From Collinsella sp. AF02-46-1 (GTDB taxonomy: Bacteria > Actinomycetota > Coriobacteriia > Coriobacteriales > Coriobacteriaceae): DNA of 64,000 nucleotides. A program made the translations under genes and the position numbers. Below, piece after piece: positions 58,478 to 64,000 of the stretch (position 1 is its first letter; every line of letters begins with the position of its first letter). The stretch spans positions 832 through 64,831 of the forward strand of contig CAKXKM010000001.1 in the NCBI GenBank assembly GCA_934876235.1, in the 5' to 3' direction. The notes below the pieces were generated by a model. It did not search any database. It was given only the letters and a program-made list of their open reading frames with translations, and was not told the origin of the DNA.

Positions 58478-58549
58478 CCACGTTGCCAATGGTTTTTCTG
58501 GGACGGGGGACTTTTTGCACCTTAGCTTGATTCGTTCGCCACGGAATGA

Positions 58550-58685
58550 GCCTATCTACTACGTTTAACCGATCACCCTCAACCATACCGAATTTCGCGA
58601 AATAAAAACCGCAGGTAGACGGGTTGCGCATTTTCGGAAAACCGGGGGATGGTCGACCCACACGGTTCAAACGTAGTAGATAGGC
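58550..58685. mobile_element. MITE-like element: 22/23-bp terminal inverted repeats GCCTATCTACTACGTTTAACCG ... CGGTTCAAACGTAGTAGATAGGC around a 91-bp core
   Basis: Terminal inverted repeats read directly from the sequence. The core contains the palindrome ATTTCGCGAAAT. Located in the tex 5' intergenic region. Confidence 0.5.
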
Positions 58686-58788
58686 CGCTTTCGTGGTTCC
58701 ACGCCAAAACAGTCTTTTTTGGGCGAAGTGGCGGGTGGTATCCTTGGTGGCCCTGTGCTGCAAACGCACCTTTACCGCAAGGAGTTTC

Positions 58789-60936
58789 ATGGATCTTATC
58801 GCCCAGCTCGCCCGCGAGCTCAACCTTAAGGCCGCCAATGTCGAGTCGGCCGTCAAGCTCATCGACGAGGGCAACACCATTCCCTTTATCTCGCGCTACC
58901 GCAAGGAAGCCACGGGCGGCATGGACGACGTCGCCCTGCGCGCCCTCGACGAGCGTCTGTCCTACCTGCGCAATCTTGAGCAGCGCAAAGAGGACGTCAT
59001 CCTGCTCATCGACGCCCAGGGCAAACTCACGCCCGAGCTCGAGCAGCAGATTCGCGAGGCCACGCAGCTCCAGCGTGTCGAGGACCTCTACAAGCCCTAC
59101 CGCAAAAAGCGCATGACCCGCGCGCAGAAGGCCCGCGAGGCCGGCCTGGAGCCGCTCGCCAACATGATCATCATGCAGGCCTCGGCCAAGGGCAGCGCGC
59201 TCGACGCCGCCGCTGAATACGTCAACGAAGAGGCCGGCTTCGACACACCTGAGAAGACGCTTGCCGGCGCCGCCGACATCGTGGCCGAGACGGTGGCCGA
59301 GGACCCTGAGAACGTCGCCGACCTGCGCGCCTTTACGCAAAACACCGCCGATATCGTCGTCGAGGCCACCGACCCCGCGGAGAAGACTCCCTACGAGCCC
59401 TACTACAACTTTGACGAGCCGCTGCGCCGTATTCCCAACCACCGCGTGCTGGCTATCGACCGCGGTGAGCGCGAGGGCAAGCTCCGCGTGCGCGTGAACG
59501 TCGACGGCGCTGCCGCCACGGCGCGCCTCGGCAGCCGCTGGCCCCGTCGCCAGGGCGTGTTCGCGCCCGTCTTTGACGCCGCTATCGCCGACGGTTACAA
59601 GCGTCTCATGGCCCCCTCGCTGGAGCGCGAGGCCCGCGCCAAACTCACCGTCCGCGCTCAGACCGAGGCCATCAATGTCTTTGCCAAGAATCTCGAGGGC
59701 TTGCTCTCGGCACGCCCCGTGCGCGGTGCCCGCGTGCTCGCGCTCGATCCGGGCTACCGCACCGGCTGCAAGGTCGCCGTCATGGACGAAACCGGCAAAC
59801 TACTCGACCACGGCGTGGTCTACCCCACCAAGCCGCGCCACGACGTCGCCGGCACCAAGCGCGAGCTTGCCCGCCTCGTCAAGAAGGACGGCGTCAACAC
59901 CATCGTCATCGGCAACGGCACCGCCAGCCGCGAGACCGAGGAAGTCGTCTCGGAGTTCATTACCGAGCAGGCGCCCAGCCTTCGTTACACCATCGTCAAC
60001 GAGGCCGGCGCGTCGGTGTACTCCGCCTCCGAGCTCGCCAGCCAGGAATATCCCGACCTGGACGTCACCGTGCGCGGCGCCATGAGCCTGGGCCGCCGTC
60101 TGCAGGACCCGTTGGCAGAGCTCGTCAAGATTCCGCCCCAGTCCATCGGCGTGGGCCAGTACCAGCACGACCTTGACCAGGCCGCGCTTTCGCGCACCCT
60201 GGGCCACGTGGTGGAAGACGTCGTCAACCGCGTGGGCGTCGACGTCAACACCGCAAGCGCGAGCCTGCTGGGATACGTATCGGGCATCACGCCGAGCGTG
60301 GCCAAGAATATCGTGGCCTACCGCGAGGAAAACGGAGCCTTTACCGATCGCCGCCAGCTCAAGAAGGTCCCCAAGCTGGGACCCAAGGCATACCTCAACG
60401 CCGCGGGCTTCCTGCGCATTAGCGGCGGCAAGAACCCGCTCGACGCGACGAGCGTCCACCCCGAAAGCTACGAGGTGGCCACGGCCGTCCTGGAACGCGC
60501 CGGCGTTGCGGCAAGCGAGCTCAGCCGCGGCGGCGTGCCCGACATCGAGCGCCGTCTGGGCAGCATCTCGGCGCTGGCAAGCAACCTAGACTGCGGCACC
60601 CTCACGCTCATCGACATTGTCAACGAGCTCAAGAAGCCCGGCCGCGACCCGCGCGACGACGCGCCCGAGGTGGTCTTTAGCCGCTCGGCGCTTTCCATCG
60701 ACGACCTGGAGCCCGGCATGGAGCTCAAGGGCACGGTGCGCAATGTCGTCGACTTTGGCGCCTTCGTCGACGTGGGCGTGCACCAGGACGGCCTCGTGCA
60801 CATCTCCAAGCTGGCCAACCGCTTCGTCAAGCACCCGAGCGACGTGGTGCGCGTCGGCGACACGGTAAAGGTGTGGGTCGAAAAGGTCGATCGCGACCGC
60901 AAGAAGATCTCCCTCACCATGGTGCAGGGGAAGTAA
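58789..60936 (+). CDS. tex: transcription accessory protein Tex (S1-domain RNA-binding protein)
   Basis: HhH/YqgF/S1 architecture with a C-terminal S1 domain (GTVRNVVDFGAFVDVGVHQDGLVHIS). AAGGAG Shine-Dalgarno; start at the ATG at 58789 (track ORF from 58693). Confidence 0.9.
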   Translation: MDLIAQLARELNLKAANVESAVKLIDEGNTIPFISRYRKEATGGMDDVALRALDERLSYLRNLEQRKEDVILLIDAQGKLTPELEQQIREATQLQRVEDLYKPYRKKRMTRAQKAREAGLEPLANMIIMQASAKGSALDAAAEYVNEEAGFDTPEKTLAGAADIVAETVAEDPENVADLRAFTQNTADIVVEATDPAEKTPYEPYYNFDEPLRRIPNHRVLAIDRGEREGKLRVRVNVDGAAATARLGSRWPRRQGVFAPVFDAAIADGYKRLMAPSLEREARAKLTVRAQTEAINVFAKNLEGLLSARPVRGARVLALDPGYRTGCKVAVMDETGKLLDHGVVYPTKPRHDVAGTKRELARLVKKDGVNTIVIGNGTASRETEEVVSEFITEQAPSLRYTIVNEAGASVYSASELASQEYPDLDVTVRGAMSLGRRLQDPLAELVKIPPQSIGVGQYQHDLDQAALSRTLGHVVEDVVNRVGVDVNTASASLLGYVSGITPSVAKNIVAYREENGAFTDRRQLKKVPKLGPKAYLNAAGFLRISGGKNPLDATSVHPESYEVATAVLERAGVAASELSRGGVPDIERRLGSISALASNLDCGTLTLIDIVNELKKPGRDPRDDAPEVVFSRSALSIDDLEPGMELKGTVRNVVDFGAFVDVGVHQDGLVHISKLANRFVKHPSDVVRVGDTVKVWVEKVDRDRKKISLTMVQGK

Positions 60937-61178
60937 ACCGCCAAGCAAGGGTCCCCCCTCTCGCGACGTGCAAAATCGCGAGTATTCTGCAAATTCCACC
61001 GTTCCGGATGCCCCTCAGAGACGAAAAAGCAAGAAACAGCCCCCGTTTTAGCGTCATCAGAGCCAAAACGGGGGCTGTTCCATGCTTCACCCAGCTGGTA
61101 AAAGCCTTTACCTTGCTGAATACTCTCAATTTTGCACGGCGCAGGCGGGGGTACCTTTGTCCACGGCAGGATATGGAA

Positions 61179-61318
61179 GCCTATCACCAACCTACCGGCA
61201 AGTTCGTGTCGGCAGCCCCGGCCTTTCCTTTGCCTAGCGCGACCCTCGCGAAGCGCGTGAGCGATAGGGAAAGGAAAGGCCGGGGCGAACAACCCGCGAT
61301 GTAGCCAGCGTTCGCGTT
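61179..61318. repeat. 140-bp hairpin-containing insertion abutting the tal stop codon and flanked by a 16-bp direct duplication (ACGGCAGGATATGGAA at 61163-61178 and 61319-61334)
   Basis: Contains a 17-bp stem GCCCCGGCCTTTCCTTT / AAAGGAAAGGCCGGGGC. The duplicated 16-mer encodes the last codons (GFHILP) of tal. Confidence 0.6.
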
Positions 61319-62021
61319 ACGGCAGGATATGGAAACCGAGCGAGGCGATATCCTTGGCAAAACCGCGCACGGTATCGAGCGAGACCTCGTACGGGTCACG
61401 GCCGATGTTCTTACGCTTGGCCAGGATGCTGTTGGGCACCGTGATGATCTGGCAACCGCATCCTTCCGCCTGGTAAATGTTGATGAGCTCGCGCGTGGAC
61501 GCCCACAGGACCTCACAGCTGGGCTTGGCGGCGGCCTTCTTGACCGACTCAGTCATAAACGGAATGGGGTCGACGCCGGTGTCGGCGATGCGGCCGGCAA
61601 AGAGCGAAATGATGGACGGCGTCTCGGCGTCAACGGCCTCGACCATCTCATCGACCTGCTCGGGAGTAAAGATAGTGGTGACGTTGACCTTGATGCCGTC
61701 GGCGGAAAGCTTGCGGACCAGCTCGGCGGTGGACTCACCCTTGGTGGTCACGCACGGAATCTTGACGTAGACGTTCTCGGCCCAGGTAGCGATCTCGCGG
61801 GCCTCGACCTCCATGGTCTCGACGTCGTCGGCAAAGACCTCAAACGACACGGACACATCGGTGATGTGGGCCAGGACCTCCTTGGCAAACGCGCGGTAAT
61901 CCGTCACGCCGCCCTTCTTCATAAGGGACGGGTTGGTCGTGAAACCCTGAACGTTGCCGTTCTCGTACATGTCGAGCATGCCCTCGAGGTTTGCACCGTC
62001 AGCGAACACCTTGATTGCCAT
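61317..62021 (-). CDS. transaldolase family protein (short Tal/fructose-6-phosphate aldolase type)
   Basis: 234 aa from MAIKVFADGANLE.. with motif TTNPSL and the Schiff-base Lys region. Confidence 0.75.
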   Translation of the reverse strand: MAIKVFADGANLEGMLDMYENGNVQGFTTNPSLMKKGGVTDYRAFAKEVLAHITDVSVSFEVFADDVETMEVEAREIATWAENVYVKIPCVTTKGESTAELVRKLSADGIKVNVTTIFTPEQVDEMVEAVDAETPSIISLFAGRIADTGVDPIPFMTESVKKAAAKPSCEVLWASTRELINIYQAEGCGCQIITVPNSILAKRKNIGRDPYEVSLDTVRGFAKDIASLGFHILP

Positions 62022-62244
62022 CTGCCTGATTCCTTTCGTTAGCATACGGCCGATAAACTGCTAAACACTTTACCTACGTTTATCAAGGCGTGAACTGCGG
62101 TTTTTTATCTTCTCGGCGAACGGTTTTGCAGTTTTACCATTTTTATATCGACACCCCAGCGGCAAAACGTTTTTGCTGATCATCGCGGTTGATTCCGTTC
62201 GCGGCGCAGAGACAGCACTTCACCGGTGCGTTTTCACAACCGCT

Positions 62245-62286
62245 CCAAAACAAAAAGCGGTGACGCCTCATTTGAGACGCCACCGC
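62245..62286 (-). terminator. rho-independent terminator after the PTS EIIC gene
   Basis: Stem GCGGTGACGCCTCA / TGAGACGCCACCGC (with G-U pairs on the minus transcript) followed by a U-rich run. Confidence 0.5.
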
Positions 62287-62345
62287 TTCCGTGTAGGAGC
62301 CGGTTATCGGAGCTCCGCCCGATTAGGGCTTAACGTATGCCTGGA

Positions 62346-63737
62346 TTACTCTTCCTCAACGTGATTGATCACAGCACCCTTGGTGTGGATGAAGTTGGGG
62401 ACGAAGGCGACGATCAGAAGGACAGCAAGAATCGCGTAGACACCGGTGGTACCGAAGGCCTCGGCAGCGCGGCCAAGCGTAATACCAATGACGGAGAAAT
62501 CGAAGTCGCCGAACGTAGTGTTCTTGAAGCCAAAGACGTCAAGAACGGGCAGGAGCAGGGCCGGGGCAAAGGTGATGAGCAGGCCGTTGACGAAAGCGCC
62601 AAGAGCTGCGCCCTTGCGACCGCCGGTAGCATTGCCGTAGATGCCCGCGGTAGCACCGCAGAAGAAGTGGGGAACCATGCCCGGGATGATGAAGATGCCC
62701 AGGGTAGCGCCCACGATGAACATACCGACCACGCCACCGATAAAGGAAGCGACAAAGCCGAGGATGACGGCGGTGGGAGCATAGGGGAAGAAGACAGCGC
62801 AGTCGACGGCGGGGATGGCACCGGGGATCAGCTTGTTGGAGATGCCCTGGAAAGCCGGGACCAGGTCGGCAAGGATCATACGAACGCCGTTATAGACGAT
62901 GGTGACACCAACGGCGAAAGACAGAGCGCAGGTCAGGGCATAGACAATCACGTTGTCGCCGCCAGCGGTCTTGGTAACGACCGCAGGATCTGCGATGTAA
63001 GCGGCGAAAGCGGTAACCAGGTAGAAGAAGGCCATGGTAAGAGCCGTGGAGATGGTAGTGTCGCGCAGGAAGGCGAACTTCTCGGGAACCTCGATCTTCT
63101 CGGTGCTGTTCTCCTCGGCGTCCTTAGCAAAAAGCGTACCGACTGCAGCGGAGATGTAATAGGCGAGTGAACCGAAGTGGCCCATGGCGATTTCGTCGCC
63201 ATCGGTAACCTTCTCGGTGAAACGCTGACCAACGGCGGGAAGCATAGCGCTCACGAGGCCCAGGAACATGCCGCCCACGATGACAAGCTGGACATCCTGG
63301 AAGCCAGATGCCTGCAGAACGGCAGACAGCAGGCAGGCCATAAACATGCTGTGATGGCCCGTCAGGAAGATGTACTTAAACTTGGTAAAGCGGGCAATGA
63401 TAATGTTCACGACATAGCCGAGAATCAGGATCATCATGGTCTGAACGCCGAGGACGCTCTGAGCCATCGAAACGACGACCTCGTTGTTGGGCACGACGCC
63501 GGTGATGTGGAAACCGGTCTCGATGAAGGTACCCAGCGGAGCAAGGTTCTCCTGAACAACAGCGGCGCCGGCAGACAGCATGATGTAACCAAGAATGGGC
63601 TTCAGGGTGCCCGTCATCACCTTGTGGGCAGGACGCTTAAGCGCGACAAGGCCCACAAAGGCAAATAGACCCATAATCCACGCTGGCTTGGTCAGAATCG
63701 ATTGGATAAACTCAAGTATGGGAAGGATGGCTTGCAT
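62346..63737 (-). CDS. ulaA: PTS ascorbate-family EIIC (UlaA/SgaT-like)
   Basis: 463-aa polytopic protein with UlaA-family similarity. The start is probably the Met at 63737 (track ORF to 63782). Confidence 0.8.
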   Translation of the reverse strand: MQAILPILEFIQSILTKPAWIMGLFAFVGLVALKRPAHKVMTGTLKPILGYIMLSAGAAVVQENLAPLGTFIETGFHITGVVPNNEVVVSMAQSVLGVQTMMILILGYVVNIIIARFTKFKYIFLTGHHSMFMACLLSAVLQASGFQDVQLVIVGGMFLGLVSAMLPAVGQRFTEKVTDGDEIAMGHFGSLAYYISAAVGTLFAKDAEENSTEKIEVPEKFAFLRDTTISTALTMAFFYLVTAFAAYIADPAVVTKTAGGDNVIVYALTCALSFAVGVTIVYNGVRMILADLVPAFQGISNKLIPGAIPAVDCAVFFPYAPTAVILGFVASFIGGVVGMFIVGATLGIFIIPGMVPHFFCGATAGIYGNATGGRKGAALGAFVNGLLITFAPALLLPVLDVFGFKNTTFGDFDFSVIGITLGRAAEAFGTTGVYAILAVLLIVAFVPNFIHTKGAVINHVEEE

Positions 63738-63808
63738 CTGCGCTTCCTTTCTCTCTAACGTGGGCGCGTTTCCCTCTTCCACAGGGAACCGCCCTTTTTT
63801 GTGCCGCT

Positions 63809-64000
63809 TTAGGCGTTAGCGGCGGCCGCCTTGATTGCCTCGAGGGCGTCTTCGCGGATCTTCTTCTTGTTCACATAGCTGCGAACGATCACAACGTTGC
63901 CGTGGAGCTCGGGGGCGAGTTCCTTAACGGTGATGAACAGATCCGGATTTGCGGAAGAAGCACCGTTCAGGTCCATAGACTCAACGTCGGCCTTGATGCC
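63809..64000 (-). CDS. ulaB: PTS ascorbate-family EIIB (UlaB-like), partial. The N-terminus lies beyond the window end.
   Basis: Reverse-complement translation ends ...IREDALEAIKAAAANA* with stop at 63809-63811. It directly precedes ulaA. Confidence 0.6.
   Translation of the reverse strand, partial: GIKADVESMDLNGASSANPDLFITVKELAPELHGNVVIVRSYVNKKKIREDALEAIKAAAANA

Overview
This is a high-GC (about 62-65%) bacterial chromosome segment. The gene content and GC are consistent with an actinobacterium of a Coriobacteriia-like lineage, but that assignment is tentative. Most genes are on the minus strand.

Core content:
- A complete F1Fo ATP synthase operon (atpIBEFHAGDC) next to murA.
- upp, glpK, tsaC-like, hicAB, prmC and prfA.
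- A polar-amino-acid ABC transporter.
- A UbiD/UbiX decarboxylase locus with a MerR regulator, a permease and a fused [unknown domain]-Idi protein.
- A GH4 6-phospho-glucosidase / PTS EIICB / RpiR sugar module.
- A MarR regulator with a heterodimeric ABC exporter.
- A LysR regulator with an SDR-MFS-Gfo/Idh operon.
- tex, a short transaldolase and ascorbate-type PTS (ulaAB).

Accessory content:
- A roughly 7.6-kb integrative element at 39609-47175, flanked by a 19-bp direct repeat, has inserted into the 5' end of a low-molecular-weight protein-tyrosine-phosphatase gene. A 20-codon gene remnant remains at the left junction.
- The element carries an ABC-F (antibiotic-resistance-like ribosomal protection) ATPase, a membrane-anchored FtsK/SpoIIIE-like transfer protein, a Rep protein and a Tn916-type tyrosine integrase.
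- The Rep combines an HUH nuclease domain with an SF3-like P-loop domain (plasmid/CRESS-like) and is interrupted by an in-frame TAG.

Unannotatable repeat families in intergenic regions:
- A modular, structured repeat of about 170-330 bp with five copies (family R1), all on the + strand. Its helices show compensatory base changes between copies. Four of the five copies end exactly at the stop codon of a convergent gene.
- A second palindromic family (family R2, four copies) that overlaps or abuts stop codons.
- A MITE-like element with 22-bp terminal inverted repeats.
- A 90-bp perfect long inverted repeat.
- A cluster of four DnaA-box-like 9-mers.
- A 140-bp hairpin insertion at the tal stop codon, flanked by a 16-bp duplication.

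No rRNA, tRNA or CRISPR array was seen. Non-ORF coordinates were read by eye and may be off by 1-2 nt.
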